From an uncultured archaeon (GTDB taxonomy: Archaea > Asgardarchaeota > Thorarchaeia > Thorarchaeales > Thorarchaeaceae), in contig CAYWJO010000005.1 of the NCBI GenBank assembly GCA_964458565.1, forward strand, positions 20,375 through 84,374: a stretch of DNA of 64,000 nt. The letters are read 5' to 3'. The notes beneath the pieces were generated by a model. That model had not been told where the DNA came from, made no database searches, and saw only the letters and a list, made by a program, of their open reading frames with translations. Below are positions 8,856 through 19,872 of the stretch, in pieces. The translations under genes were made by a program, and so were the position numbers. Numbering within the stretch: the first letter of the stretch is position 1; each line of letters begins with the position of its first letter.

Positions 8856-10778
8856 TCATTCGGAGAGGATTCGTTCTACTTCAGCTGTAATTAGATTCTT
8901 CACCGTCTTACCGTCTGCTTTTCCACGGAGTTCCTTCATCGCGATACCCATGAGACCACCAACAGAACGTTCGCCTTGTTCTCGAACAAAATCGATTCTG
9001 TTCTGAACTATCTCTCGAATAATTGATTCTATCTCAGATAGGTCAACCTTCATTAGACCAGTCTTTTTAATAGCCATTTCAACTTGTGATTCTGGATTTT
9101 CAGCTAGATATGTTAGTATTTCAGGAACAACATCCGAAGAAACCTTGCCAGAGGACACGAGTTCAAATAGATGCATGAAATGGGAATCTTTCAGGTTTTC
9201 AATCTTAAGTCCATCACGATGGAGACTCACTAATGTGTTTTCAAGAGTGACTGCTACAAGTGTTGGAGAAACATCAATTTTTTGAATAATTTGTTCAAAT
9301 AAGTCCAAGTTAAGAGACCTTACAATCTGGTGTGATAGCTCTTTACTGAGACCGTATTCCTTTGAGAAGCGCTTCTGCTTTTTCTCCAGTTTTTCAGGCA
9401 TATTACGTTTAATTCGATTTTTCCGCTCTTCAGTTATTTTGACTGGACGAACATCAGTTTCAGGATACATTCTCTGTGAACCCGGTCTTGGACGGGCATA
9501 TTTAGAACATCCATTTGGTAGAGGCGTTCGCGTTTCAACTGGGACTCCAATGACAGATTCTTGAGCACGTTTCACAACTGCTTCGAGTGCATCAATACAT
9601 TTAGCTTCATCTGCAGCAACTATGATTACTGCATCATCGGGGTTGGTTTTCAGTGTCATCCTAAGTGCTTTGATATCATCTTCTGTAATCCCATATTTGG
9701 GTAATTCATCGGTGTGGAATATTCCACCAACATCACCCCAGAATTTAGCATAATCTGAGAACTCTGTCCCTAATCTTCGACTGGGTTGAATTTCGAAACC
9801 TACTAATCCAGCGAAACCAACCAATCGAACACCATAAACTTTCCCACCAGACTTGATCGCATTTTTGATAACTTTAGATTCGGAATCAATGAATAGTTTA
9901 GTAACATCACTCACCTTAGCATGACACCCTACAAGCTCCGATGTGATGTTTCTTTTATGTAACTCAGAACGGATTTTGAGCAGGTTATGCTGTCTAAGAG
10001 CCTCATATTCTACGGTGGTTGCAAGTAGGTCAAGTTGTTGAAGACCTTTAATCTCCATAATTGCACCATTTTTAATAGAAACGTTAACATCCTGCCGAAT
10101 TGTACCAATACCTCTCTTCACCTTTCCAGTTGATCTAAGGAGTAATCCTATTGCCAATGCAACTTCCAGTGCCTCTTTTGGGGAGCTTATATCAGGGGCT
10201 GTAGCTACTTCGATTAATGGAATTCCAAGTCTATCAAGTCTGTAAATTTTCAAATTGTTCTTATCATCTTCGGATATTTTACGTGCAGCATCCTCCTCTA
10301 GACCAATAGTCTGAATACCGATTTCCTTGCCTCCGACATCAATGAATCCCCCAGATGTAACGATTGAGGTTCGTTGAAATCCTGTAGTGTTACTGCCATC
10401 TATCACAATCTTTCGCATAGAATGGATTTCATCTAATGGAATTGAATTAAGGAAGTTTGCCATTGTCAGGCAGATATCGATTGCCTCATCACATAGATCA
10501 TGCGGTGGTTCTTCGTCTGCTTCGACAAGACATGTTGAGTCATTGTAGTATTCATATTGAAACATTCGCTTCCGCTGAAATTCAAACAATGCAGCAGGAT
10601 CAACTTCACCCATCTCACTCCTTGTAGGACGAAGACGTCGTACAAAACTTGCATCTGGTTCATCATCTCGGATAAAGGTAGGACAATGACAGTATAATTT
10701 CCTGTTCGTGTCTAATTGTTGATGGAGCTCAAGACCGACTTTGAGACCAATTTCAGTAAAGAAGGAATCATCTCTCAA
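8856..10778 (-). CDS. gatE: Glu-tRNA(Gln) amidotransferase subunit E
   Basis: GLELHQQL, IDGSNTTGFQRT, LEEDAARK, RGIGTIRQDVN and RMYPETD. Confidence 0.97.
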   Translation of the reverse strand: MRDDSFFTEIGLKVGLELHQQLDTNRKLYCHCPTFIRDDEPDASFVRRLRPTRSEMGEVDPAALFEFQRKRMFQYEYYNDSTCLVEADEEPPHDLCDEAIDICLTMANFLNSIPLDEIHSMRKIVIDGSNTTGFQRTSIVTSGGFIDVGGKEIGIQTIGLEEDAARKISEDDKNNLKIYRLDRLGIPLIEVATAPDISSPKEALEVALAIGLLLRSTGKVKRGIGTIRQDVNVSIKNGAIMEIKGLQQLDLLATTVEYEALRQHNLLKIRSELHKRNITSELVGCHAKVSDVTKLFIDSESKVIKNAIKSGGKVYGVRLVGFAGLVGFEIQPSRRLGTEFSDYAKFWGDVGGIFHTDELPKYGITEDDIKALRMTLKTNPDDAVIIVAADEAKCIDALEAVVKRAQESVIGVPVETRTPLPNGCSKYARPRPGSQRMYPETDVRPVKITEERKNRIKRNMPEKLEKKQKRFSKEYGLSKELSHQIVRSLNLDLFEQIIQKIDVSPTLVAVTLENTLVSLHRDGLKIENLKDSHFMHLFELVSSGKVSSDVVPEILTYLAENPESQVEMAIKKTGLMKVDLSEIESIIREIVQNRIDFVREQGERSVGGLMGIAMKELRGKADGKTVKNLITAEVERILSE

Positions 10779-10779
10779 T

Positions 10780-12192
10780 CTATTTCACCTCTTTTTGGCC
10801 AATATACTCGGATTGCTCACTGCGCATGTTGATTTCTCCCACTAATGAGATTGGTAATATTTTACGAGCTTCGTCCTTGGTTTTTGTATTAGCAAGTAAC
10901 CACATTAGTTTGACCAGTGCAGTTTCAGGTATCATATCTTCACAGGGAATAACTCCCATGTCCAGTAATTCAACGCCAGGACGATATACATTCATATTGA
11001 CTCGTCCAAAGATGCACTGGCTCGTCATGGCAACAATAAGATCGGATTCTATTGCTCGTTTTATTGCTGGGTGGATATTTTGAGAAGTATGGCCTAGACC
11101 AGATCCTTCAATGACAATTCCGTTGAATCCTGCATCTATATATGGATTAATAGCTAGGTCTGATATTCCGGGGTAAGTTTTAACCAAAGCTACCTTTTCA
11201 TCAAATTTAGCCTTTATCTTTAGACGCCTAGATTTATCACGTCTAAGCCGCGGTTGTGATATTTCTTTGGCGCCATTTGAATCAAAGCGGTACAATGGAT
11301 AATCATTAATGGATTGGAATGCATCTCTGCGGCTTGTATGAAGTTTTCGTACTCGGGTTCCGCGATGAGCGTATAAGAAACTGTCATCTGTTTCACCATG
11401 CATTACTACCATAACTTCTGCAGCATCTATATGGCCTACGATATCAGTGGCACCAATAAGGTTGATTGCAGCATCCGAAGATGGGCGATCGGAGGACCTT
11501 TGAGAACCAACAAATGCAACTGGGACAGAAAGATTCTGTAATGCAAATGATGTTGCTGCTGCGGTTAAGCCTAATGTATCAGTTCCGTGTGCTACTACTA
11601 TCCCATCAGACCCCTTCCGTATCTCAGATGCGATGCTTTGAGAGATTTTTGTCCAGTTTCGGGGGTGAATATTCTCTGATAGAAAACTCATTACTATTTT
11701 TGCATGAATATTTGCATGGTCTTTTAGCTCTGGAAAAGATTCATACAAATCTTGTGCTGAAAGAGCAGGATTAACAGCCCCTGTATGGTAATCTACTCTA
11801 CTAGCAATTGTCCCTCCAGTACTAAGTATTGAAACTGTAGGCAGATTTGGATTCATTTCAATAGGCGTGGTAGGTATCGTTCGTTTTTTCTTTGCAGCCT
11901 TCAATTTTGTAATAAGGCATTCAAAGTCTAGTTTGACTCCCACATTGTAACCATTTGAGAGTTTAATTACGATATGATTGGGATCACTACCAATCTGACT
12001 ACGAGGCATGAGTATTCCTATGAACTCTTTATCACGACATACGATTTCGATTGAGTCCCCAATATTGACGCCAGCAGAAAGGAGCTTTTCTAATACTAAT
12101 CCATGATATCCTGAGCCTTCCGATTCCACTGTTATCCTCACCTTTTTGACTAGTTTCATCGAGATTCGGAGGGGGCATAAAGCCTTTGCCAA
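10780..12192 (-). CDS. gatD: Glu-tRNA(Gln) amidotransferase subunit D
   Basis: TGGTIASRVDY, HGTDT and GSQRSSDRPSSD; real start probably about 12141-12159. Confidence 0.96.
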   Translation of the reverse strand: MAKALCPLRISMKLVKKVRITVESEGSGYHGLVLEKLLSAGVNIGDSIEIVCRDKEFIGILMPRSQIGSDPNHIVIKLSNGYNVGVKLDFECLITKLKAAKKKRTIPTTPIEMNPNLPTVSILSTGGTIASRVDYHTGAVNPALSAQDLYESFPELKDHANIHAKIVMSFLSENIHPRNWTKISQSIASEIRKGSDGIVVAHGTDTLGLTAAATSFALQNLSVPVAFVGSQRSSDRPSSDAAINLIGATDIVGHIDAAEVMVVMHGETDDSFLYAHRGTRVRKLHTSRRDAFQSINDYPLYRFDSNGAKEISQPRLRRDKSRRLKIKAKFDEKVALVKTYPGISDLAINPYIDAGFNGIVIEGSGLGHTSQNIHPAIKRAIESDLIVAMTSQCIFGRVNMNVYRPGVELLDMGVIPCEDMIPETALVKLMWLLANTKTKDEARKILPISLVGEINMRSEQSEYIGQKEVK

Positions 12193-12205
12193 ACTACCCT
12201 AGTAT

Positions 12206-12769
12206 CTAGATAAAACGGAATATAACTGCGATTCCAAATAATATGAATATCAAACCGGTGATTTTTCGTATTTTATTTATCGAGATTAGGTGAGATATAC
12301 GGTCTCCAGCAAGTACTCCGATGATGTTTATAATGAGAAAACCAATTATTGTACCAATAAAGACTAGGATTGGGTAGATTGATTGTGCAGCGAGTGCCAA
12401 TATTGCAATCTGGCTTTTGTCACCGAGTTCAGAAAAAAGAACAAGAGAAACCATCCCTAGGAAAGTTGTAGGATTGTCACAGGACTCTATGTCTTCGGAA
12501 TCTGATTTAAGAAGTGTATAGATACCTAGAGTGAAAAATAGACCACCAGAGATGTATATTATCAAATCTATTGGCAAAGCACTTGCCAGAATATATCCAA
12601 TAATGACTCCAATAGCGGATGAAATCCCAAGAGCTATCATTGTTGCTGCAAGGACAATGAATGGTCGTCTATATTGCGCACTAAGACAGATAGTCGTGAG
12701 CATGGTTTTGTCACCTGCTTCTGTTACTAACACCATTCCGATAGATGAAATAAAAGCCGCTAGTGGCAT
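12206..12769 (-). CDS. TMEM165/GDT1 (UPF0016) Ca2+/Mn2+ transporter
   Basis: Two ExGDK(T/S) motifs: EAGDKT and ELGDKSQ. Confidence 0.9.
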   Translation of the reverse strand: MPLAAFISSIGMVLVTEAGDKTMLTTICLSAQYRRPFIVLAATMIALGISSAIGVIIGYILASALPIDLIIYISGGLFFTLGIYTLLKSDSEDIESCDNPTTFLGMVSLVLFSELGDKSQIAILALAAQSIYPILVFIGTIIGFLIINIIGVLAGDRISHLISINKIRKITGLIFILFGIAVIFRFI

Positions 12770-12921
12770 AGTATCACGATTTTAGTCTATGAAGAATTAG
12801 ATATTATGGGTATAGGCACCAAACTAAGGTACATCTTTTGTACATCTACGATGAGCTTATTGTTAGTGGTAATCTATTAAAACATCTGATATGGGGATAT
12901 CACTGAAGAAGGAGTATGTGG

Positions 12922-13040
12922 TGGTGCGGGAGGCGAGATTTGAACTCGCGGACTTCTACAAGAGCGGATGGCTTATAGTTGACCCCATGTTTTCAACGAT
13001 CTTAAGTCCGCCGCCTTTGACCGGGCTTGGCAACTCCCGC
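12922..13040 (-). tRNA. tRNA-Leu(UAA) with 31-nt intron at 37/38 (12970-13000)
   Basis: GCGGGAG/CTCCCGC-A-CCA; GCGGA-CTTAAG^A-TCCGC; long variable arm; BHB helix CTTA/TAAG. Confidence 0.92.
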
Positions 13041-13072
13041 ACATGTTTGTTCTTCATACCCGGTAGAAGAGA

Positions 13073-13180
13073 TGGTGGGGCGGGCCGGATTCGAACCAGC
13101 GACCTTCGAAGCTTGAGAGGAATTCTCCCAAAGATTCTCGGTGTAAGCGAGACATCATAGCCGGGCTAGACTACCGCCCC
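13073..13180 (-). tRNA. tRNA-Val(UAC) with 30-nt intron at about 44/45 (13105-13134)
   Basis: GGGGCGG/CCGCCCC-A-CCA; TCTCG-CTTACAC-CGAGA; BHB helix CGAG/TTCG. Confidence 0.9.
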
Positions 13181-13221
13181 ATTGACTGCTGGATTATACT
13201 TGATTGTAATAAAAGAATTGC

Positions 13222-13893
13222 TCACTGGCGTATAGCTACTAGGTGAATTTCTTGGCGCTCCTGGTTTATGTTGATTACTTGTCGATTAATCAATCGATCA
13301 CTAAAAGACTGAATTTGAGTGTGTACATCTGATTCCTTATCTGTCTTGAAAGCTGCAATGACTTGACCGCCGTGTTTGAGTAGTGGAATATATTTTTCAA
13401 TTAGTTTTGTTGTACCAGAAAGATCAGTAGTCACATCTATTATCACAAGATCGAGCTCTTCAAATTTACAGATTTTTGTAGTTTCAATCGTAAAAGCATC
13501 TTCGAAGAGCATAGTTATACCTTTGTTATTGCGTTCAATTTCTTTCAATATTTCAAAGAAGGTTTCTGATACTTCTATTCCTATAATGTGGGCTCCTTTC
13601 TCCAAGAGATATTGAAGAAATCCACCAGCAGATGAGCCAATATCTAATACAACATCATCAGCACTAATCAAATTCCCTCCTAACATAGTATCAATAGCTT
13701 TTAGTTTGTTATATCCAATTGGATAGAGAGAGATATCATCAGATAGTACGATATTCTCTGTGCCTTTTACAAAAGTTGATGGTTTGGCTATTTTTCCATC
13801 GATTGTAACATGACCCTCTTTGATTATGCGCTTAGCTACTTGGCGAGATGGAACTTGACCTGTCTGAGTAAGCCATATATCAAGTCGCGGCAT
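13222..13893 (-). CDS. S4-domain FtsJ/TlyA-like RNA methyltransferase
   Basis: N-terminal S4 domain (RLDIWL...SRQVAK..I..G.V.IDG) and VLDIGSSAGGF SAM motif. Confidence 0.85.
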   Translation of the reverse strand: MPRLDIWLTQTGQVPSRQVAKRIIKEGHVTIDGKIAKPSTFVKGTENIVLSDDISLYPIGYNKLKAIDTMLGGNLISADDVVLDIGSSAGGFLQYLLEKGAHIIGIEVSETFFEILKEIERNNKGITMLFEDAFTIETTKICKFEELDLVIIDVTTDLSGTTKLIEKYIPLLKHGGQVIAAFKTDKESDVHTQIQSFSDRLINRQVININQERQEIHLVAIRQ

Positions 13894-14650
13894 TTCTCTT
13901 CTCCTCTACCTCTCGAGGTATGAAAAGATGAATAGGTACCCCCTTAAGATATGGACCTATAGCTGATACAATTCCACTTGCACGGGTGCTACGTTTGCAT
14001 AGTAAAGAAAATTCAAAGTGACCGAGTTGCTCGAACTCGTAGATGTCATCAATATGTTTGGTTTTTTTCAGGGCTGATTCTATCATTGTCCTAGAAATAC
14101 CAAGAATAATTAATCGTTCGTGATCGTCCAATCTCCATTCTTCGTATCTCGTTATGGTTGCATCAGATAATTCAGCTTCGATTTTTCGGTTAACATAATC
14201 GATTTCATTCAATTTGATTTCGAGAGGTAAGTAATCAGTTAGTACAAATGTATCGATTATCTCTCGTACAGAACTCTGATTCATTGATAGTTGTTTTCTC
14301 AAAGTATAAAGAGGAATTAAGGCATCTACTCGATGTTCATCGATAATGCCTATATCGACATATATGCCATATCCTACTTTTCCGACGTCCACAAGTTGGC
14401 CTATGTATCGAGTATTCTGCTTTATGTCATAGAAATGTAAGGATTGACCATATTCTCGTGTGAGAATGTTGGAAACAAATTCTGCATCGTCCCCCTGAAT
14501 TTTTATTTCAATGCAGTTATTACGTATAATACGATACATAATGCTTACGTCAAGCTCAGCGATTAGGGAGTTAATTTCAGATTGAATTATTGCAAACAGT
14601 CTATTTTGATACTGTCCATAAACACGTGAAAGGAGTATAATCTGCTGCAT
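13880..14650 (-). CDS. DUF2110 family protein
   Basis: GKVGYGIYVDIG and ASGIVSAIGPYL motifs; the family is usually adjacent to tfe in archaea. Confidence 0.75.
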   Translation of the reverse strand: MQQIILLSRVYGQYQNRLFAIIQSEINSLIAELDVSIMYRIIRNNCIEIKIQGDDAEFVSNILTREYGQSLHFYDIKQNTRYIGQLVDVGKVGYGIYVDIGIIDEHRVDALIPLYTLRKQLSMNQSSVREIIDTFVLTDYLPLEIKLNEIDYVNRKIEAELSDATITRYEEWRLDDHERLIILGISRTMIESALKKTKHIDDIYEFEQLGHFEFSLLCKRSTRASGIVSAIGPYLKGVPIHLFIPREVEEKRNAAT

Positions 14651-14678
14651 AATATACCCCCAGAGATATCAAAAGATA

Positions 14679-15206
14679 CTATGATGTAGAAGAAGCCTTG
14701 AGATCAGCTCTCAATTCTTCGACTCGCTTTCGTAAAAAGCTGATAGCACGTTTATTATCAACAAATTCAAGCTGTTTGTTACAAGATGGACATCTGAATG
14801 AGAGGTTCATTGCTTCCTCAAATGGAACTGGAGAGGAATCTTTGTCAACACAAGCATAGAGATCATTACTACTCTCATGTTCTAATCGCTGCTCAAGAAG
14901 ATTGAGAACCATCTTCTTTTTCCGATTTACTAGTGCTTGGGCTTTCTTTGGGTCGATACGCCAGTAATAGAGAAACCATCCTGTATTGGTATCACGAATC
15001 CTTCTGTACGAAGCCAAGTTATTGTCATGAAGTTTGTAGAGAATTCTTCGTACTATATTCAACTTAAGATCAGTTTTTGTAGCAATCTCCTCATCTGTAG
15101 TTTCATCCGCATTGACAAGGACAGTTGCGACATCTACCCCCTCCTTGCCAGCTATTTCCTCAACGACAAGTCGGAAGAGATCATTGTTGATAGTAGATTG
15201 TGCCAT
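14679..15206 (-). CDS. tfe: Transcription factor E (TFE alpha)
   Basis: TDEEIA...LNIVRRILYKL...TGWFLYYW winged helix and FRCPSC Zn ribbon. Confidence 0.93.
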   Translation of the reverse strand: MAQSTINNDLFRLVVEEIAGKEGVDVATVLVNADETTDEEIATKTDLKLNIVRRILYKLHDNNLASYRRIRDTNTGWFLYYWRIDPKKAQALVNRKKKMVLNLLEQRLEHESSNDLYACVDKDSSPVPFEEAMNLSFRCPSCNKQLEFVDNKRAISFLRKRVEELRADLKASSTS

Positions 15207-15386
15207 TTGCAGTATTCACCTAGACCTGTAACAGCTGGGGTTCTATTGTTCTAAATATTGATTAGACGTTTGCACTCATAATATATTATCTTACCTTACT
15301 ATATAAGACCTATGACACGGGTGTTCTAATGATGGTAGTTTCATCTCAGGTTTTTTTCCGTTTTCGGAAAACGCGCGTTTGGGAAA

Positions 15387-15965
15387 TCATCCACTTTTTT
15401 GAGATTTCTTCCTTTTGATAATAACTCGGTCTCCAAGAGTTGGTTCAGCACCTCGTGGTCCTGTACTTGGTTTGATTGGTACGGAATCAATTGGTTCCAA
15501 TAATGATATTTCGAGCTCGCGTTCAAGACCCCTTATGGTCTTCTTAATAGGTTTCAGTCTTCCTGATTCAATTGCCTGTAAAGTGGATATTCTTTCACCC
15601 ACTTTTTGAGCAAGCTCCTCTTGGCTCAATTTTTTCTTTTGTCTTGCATTTCTTATAGCTTCGGCATAATTTTCTATAAGGATCATATCATCGATTGTAA
15701 TCTCGGTTCTTGGTTTATCTTTTCTTGGTGCTTTCCTTATTGGAGCAGCAATTTGAGATTGTGCATGGGGGGATTGTGTTTGCATCCAAGACGGCTGGCT
15801 TTTAGGTGCAGTCGATTTTCTGGTAGATGTACTTGGGCGTGACCCAAATCGATCAGCACACTGTGGGCAGACAAGCATGTCTGCACCTTCAATCACGACG
15901 TTTCGTCCCTGACCTTTCATAGTTCTGCCACAAAGTTCACAGCTAGACAAAGCCGAATCACTCAA
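15387..15965 (-). CDS. Archaeal multiprotein bridging factor aMBF1
   Basis: CELCG...VCPQC Zn ribbon, HTH_3 domain and TLGD motif. Confidence 0.92.
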   Translation of the reverse strand: MSDSALSSCELCGRTMKGQGRNVVIEGADMLVCPQCADRFGSRPSTSTRKSTAPKSQPSWMQTQSPHAQSQIAAPIRKAPRKDKPRTEITIDDMILIENYAEAIRNARQKKKLSQEELAQKVGERISTLQAIESGRLKPIKKTIRGLERELEISLLEPIDSVPIKPSTGPRGAEPTLGDRVIIKRKKSQKSG

Positions 15966-16128
15966 GATATCACTTTGAGGTATGTTGATAAAGATTACCG
16001 AGTAGACATACTAGTAGGAAGTTGCTGAGGGAATCATAATCTGTTGTATTACGATTATTACTTAAGTAAGGAGAACCTCAAAGCAATCCTTAAAACAATT
16101 GAAACAAATTGAACGTTAGGGTGCGAAG

Positions 16129-17331
16129 ATGCCAGGAACTACAGAAACAAAGAAGGAAAGCGGCGTTGAAGACTCTTCATATTCTGAAAACTATACAAGA
16201 CATTTGGAAAGAAGACTTCGAGCACTAGAAACAGAAAAACAGATTTTACATGCAGAGCGCACCCGGCTAGAAAAAGAAACCCAAACTCTAAGAACTGAAC
16301 TTGAAAAATTGCGACAATCTCCATTAATTACTGCAACGATTATTGAGGTTCTTGAAGATGGTAGGGCAATTGTCAAGAGTTCTACAGGACCTAATTTTGT
16401 TGTTCATGTATCATCATCTATTGCAAAAGAAAAATTACAACCAGGGATGAGAGTTGCACTTAATCAGCGTTCTTTTGCAGTTACGCAAGAACTTCCACCA
16501 TCAAGAGACCCTATGATTCGCGCAATGGAGATTGAAGATGCACCTGATGTTTCATATGGTGATATCGGAGGTCTAAGGGATCAATTACGCGAAATTCGAG
16601 AAACAGTAGAATTACCACTCTTGAAACCTGATTTGTTTGTAAAAGTTGGAATTGAACCTCCAAAAGGAGTTCTATTAACTGGACCTCCAGGAACTGGAAA
16701 AACACTATGTGCACGAGCTGTAGCACATGAAACTAATGCAACTTTTATTCGTGTGATAGGTTCAGAACTAGTACAGAAATTCATTGGTGAAGGAGCTCGT
16801 CTTGTAAGGGAGATTTTTATGCTTGCAAAAGAAAAATCACCAGCTATTGTTTTTGTAGATGAACTTGATGCTGTTGGATCTCATCGCCTAGATATTGCAA
16901 CATCTGGGGATAGAGAAGTTCAAAGAACATTGATGCAACTTTTAAGTGAATTAGATGGGTTTGAAAATAGAGGACAAGTTGCAGTTTTGGGTGCAACAAA
17001 TAGACCAGATATATTAGACCCCGCACTTTTGCGACCCGGTAGATTTGATCGAATTATTGATTTCCCACTTCCGGATGAGGAGAGTAGACATGAGATATTC
17101 AAGATTCATACTAGAGGAATGAATATAGATGAAGAGATTGATTTTTCGCAACTGATTACTATAACAAGTGATAAAACTGGTGCCGATATCAAATCAATCT
17201 GCACTGAAGCAGGAATGTTTGCAATAAGAGATGACAGAACATGCGTCACTAGGGATGACTTTAGGAAAGCAATTGAGAAAGTACAGGGTCGGGGCCGAGG
17301 TGACACAGCACCATCTGGAATGTATTGCTGA
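16129..17331 (+). CDS. pan: Proteasome-activating nucleotidase
   Basis: Coiled coil, OB domain, [22 protein letters not shown] and C-terminal MYC (HbYX). Confidence 0.96.
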   Translation: MPGTTETKKESGVEDSSYSENYTRHLERRLRALETEKQILHAERTRLEKETQTLRTELEKLRQSPLITATIIEVLEDGRAIVKSSTGPNFVVHVSSSIAKEKLQPGMRVALNQRSFAVTQELPPSRDPMIRAMEIEDAPDVSYGDIGGLRDQLREIRETVELPLLKPDLFVKVGIEPPKGVLLTGPPGTGKTLCARAVAHETNATFIRVIGSELVQKFIGEGARLVREIFMLAKEKSPAIVFVDELDAVGSHRLDIATSGDREVQRTLMQLLSELDGFENRGQVAVLGATNRPDILDPALLRPGRFDRIIDFPLPDEESRHEIFKIHTRGMNIDEEIDFSQLITITSDKTGADIKSICTEAGMFAIRDDRTCVTRDDFRKAIEKVQGRGRGDTAPSGMYC

Positions 17332-17348
17332 TTTCAGTTTGATTATCC

Positions 17349-18194
17349 GTGAGTGACATGAGATATCGTGAATTCCTTAGGAAGAGTTTGGAATCAAATA
17401 TTTCTGATACTTCATTGTTACCTTCTGGTTTTCATTTCGTAGGACATGTTGCTCTATTACATCTAAAAAAAGAAATCATGAAGTATGCCGAAATTATTGG
17501 TCAGCTAACATTGGAATTTGATAAGCGAATCAAATCGGTTGCTGTAAGGTCTGGACCTACAATAGGAGTAAAACGACTACCTAGTTATTCATTAGTTGCT
17601 GGAGATAAAAAGACTGAAACGATTCATATTGAAAACGGTATTCGATTCAAGCTTGATCCGTTGAATGTGACATTTTCTGGGGGAAATAAAGAAGAAAGAA
17701 TACGGATGCCTTCCAGAATAAAGACGGGTGAAGTAATAGTAGATATGTTTGCTTGTGTTGGTCAGTTTGCACTTCATTTGGCAAAGAAGAAGACTGCAAA
17801 AGTATATGCAATTGAACTCAATTCTATTGCCTATGACTATCTATTAGAAAATATTACTTTGAATCATTTGGATAATTATGTACAGGCAATCAATGGTGAT
17901 TGTAGAGAAGTATACCCACGTGCTATTGCAGATAGAATTGTGATGGGATATCTTCATGATACTTTGTCGTATTTTCCTTATGCATTGAAGTCATTGAAGA
18001 AGTGTGGGGGTTTTGTGCATATGCATCTTGCAGGATTAGAGAAAGATATACCTAATTATTGTAATACAATTAATACTATTTGCAATTCTGAAGGATTCAA
18101 TGTGATTTCTGATGAAACAAGAAAGATAAAGCACTACTCGCCGCGCATTGATCATTTCGTATTTGATATTGAAGTTCAGTCAGCCATTCAATAA
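17349..18194 (+). CDS. Trm5/Taw2-family SAM-dependent tRNA transferase
   Basis: HIENGIRFKLD, FSGGNKEER, VDMFACVGQF and ADRIVMGY. Confidence 0.88.
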   Translation: MSDMRYREFLRKSLESNISDTSLLPSGFHFVGHVALLHLKKEIMKYAEIIGQLTLEFDKRIKSVAVRSGPTIGVKRLPSYSLVAGDKKTETIHIENGIRFKLDPLNVTFSGGNKEERIRMPSRIKTGEVIVDMFACVGQFALHLAKKKTAKVYAIELNSIAYDYLLENITLNHLDNYVQAINGDCREVYPRAIADRIVMGYLHDTLSYFPYALKSLKKCGGFVHMHLAGLEKDIPNYCNTINTICNSEGFNVISDETRKIKHYSPRIDHFVFDIEVQSAIQ

Positions 18195-18277
18195 TGTGCT
18201 GAAACAAAACCATTTTATCTCAGACTTCATGGATTGTATCGAATCACTTCCCGAGTCGGATTATGTGAGGAATCAAT

Positions 18278-18664
18278 ATGGGTTTCAGAGGCCTATCACC
18301 AAAACAGATTTCACGAATGATGAAAAAGATGGGAATAGAACAGGATGACCTCGAAGGTGTGACAGAGGTTGTCATTCGTTTCAAGGATAAAGAGTGGCTG
18401 ATTGGAAATCCACAAGTGGGAGTGATTAAACAATCGGGTAGCGAGTCGTATCAAATTTCAGGTAGCAAGATTGAAAGAGCATTAACGACTAGTGGGGAAT
18501 CAGTAGTTATTGAAGAAACTCAACCTGCAGTAATCGAGATACCAATAGAAGATGCAGCTCTTGTCGCAAGTCAAGCTGGGGTTGATATTGAAACTGCAAA
18601 AGAAGCTTTGAGGGAAACTGAAGGTGATTTGGCAGCAGCTATTCTAAAACTGAAACGTAGTTAA
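18278..18664 (+). CDS. nac: Nascent polypeptide-associated complex protein
   Basis: MMKKMGI...V.EVVI...SYQISG NAC domain plus UBA-like GDLAAAILKL. Confidence 0.93.
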   Translation: MGFRGLSPKQISRMMKKMGIEQDDLEGVTEVVIRFKDKEWLIGNPQVGVIKQSGSESYQISGSKIERALTTSGESVVIEETQPAVIEIPIEDAALVASQAGVDIETAKEALRETEGDLAAAILKLKRS

Positions 18665-18671
18665 GTACCAA

Positions 18672-19298
18672 TTATGATGTAATTCGATCTCGAATCATCT
18701 TAGTTCTGAAGAAATCTTCGCGTTCTCTTTCCTCAAGAGCTAGCTTGACAAAATGAGCTGTTGCATCAAGACGAGGAATAACAACAGTTTCGAGCGCTGA
18801 AACGCGACGCTTTGTACGCTCTATTTCTAATGCTAGACGCTTCACTGTAGATTCTATCTCTGCAAGTTTAACTACAGCTTTCAATGCTTCTTGGAATTTA
18901 CTTGACATGAGATCTAAACGAGCACTTGAATCTGTTAGAGAATAGGGAAGATCTGGAGTGGTTTGATTCACTGACAATACAGGGACTCTTACTCCCATCA
19001 TAGTTCTTGTTGATATACTCAACTCGGATTTCATGTTGCTAGCATTGGCAAATTCAACAACTCTTGATGGACCCATAATCATTTTTGCTTGAGTAAGAGC
19101 TGTGAATGCAGCAGAAAGTGCTGATTCAACAGTCTGTCTTGTTTCCTTGATTTCTGCTATTGCATTGAAGAATTCCATAATTAGAGAGTCCCTTTTTTCT
19201 TTCAGAAGATTGTGACCTCGTTCGGCAAGTCGCATTCTATTCTTTAATCGTAGAAGTTCCATACGTGTAGTTTTGGTTCCAGGAAGAATCTTACTCAT
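18672..19298 (-). CDS. atpD: A/V-type ATP synthase subunit D
   Basis: TRMELLRLK...GHNLLKEKRD...TKRRVSALE...LEEREREDFFR. Confidence 0.95.
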   Translation of the reverse strand: MSKILPGTKTTRMELLRLKNRMRLAERGHNLLKEKRDSLIMEFFNAIAEIKETRQTVESALSAAFTALTQAKMIMGPSRVVEFANASNMKSELSISTRTMMGVRVPVLSVNQTTPDLPYSLTDSSARLDLMSSKFQEALKAVVKLAEIESTVKRLALEIERTKRRVSALETVVIPRLDATAHFVKLALEEREREDFFRTKMIRDRITS

Positions 19299-19383
19299 TT
19301 GTCATCACCTACAGCATTGATGATATCCATGGGGACCAACCCAGAGAGTATATCATTCGCACTAAAACTGTTGTGTTCCGAGC

Positions 19384-19698
19384 TCATGTAAATGTAAGAG
19401 CGAGTGCACAGATTACAACACCTAGCGTGCAGATGAACAACCACTCTCTCAAATAGGTTCGTACTCTCTTGGGGCGTTCTTGGATTCGGCCAGTAGTTAT
19501 GAGAGTCATAATGAATAAGAAAAGAAAAGCAAAGGGAAGTGCTATTGTTCTACTCACCACTATAGAAGCATCCACTATCAAAATGATACCCATCAGTCCT
19601 CCGAATATGAGAAAACAGAGAATCATAATTGCATTCAAAACATGTCGTATTCTATCAACATTCATTTCATTCACCATAGTGGGAGATGTAGTAATCAT
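19384..19698 (-). CDS. Small hypothetical membrane protein (3 TM)
   Basis: Three hydrophobic segments. Confidence 0.6.
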   Translation of the reverse strand: MITTSPTMVNEMNVDRIRHVLNAIMILCFLIFGGLMGIILIVDASIVVSRTIALPFAFLFLFIMTLITTGRIQERPKRVRTYLREWLFICTLGVVICALALTFT

Positions 19699-19872
19699 CT
19701 AGTCGAAGGTTCAGCCATTATATTCTCTTGAAAAAGCTTGTGTCTCAAAAATAGATGATTAGGTTCTATGACTTCATGTCACCATACGATTTAAAACGGG
19801 ATAATAGTCTAATAATTGTATTACAAGAACTACTTGTGATACGATAAAGTAACGTGTGGCTGTGATGATTTC

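Noticed and set aside
12891-13160. 89-aa plus-strand ORF (likewise 47008-47325 and 47019-47246)
   Set aside because: Antisense shadows of tRNA genes
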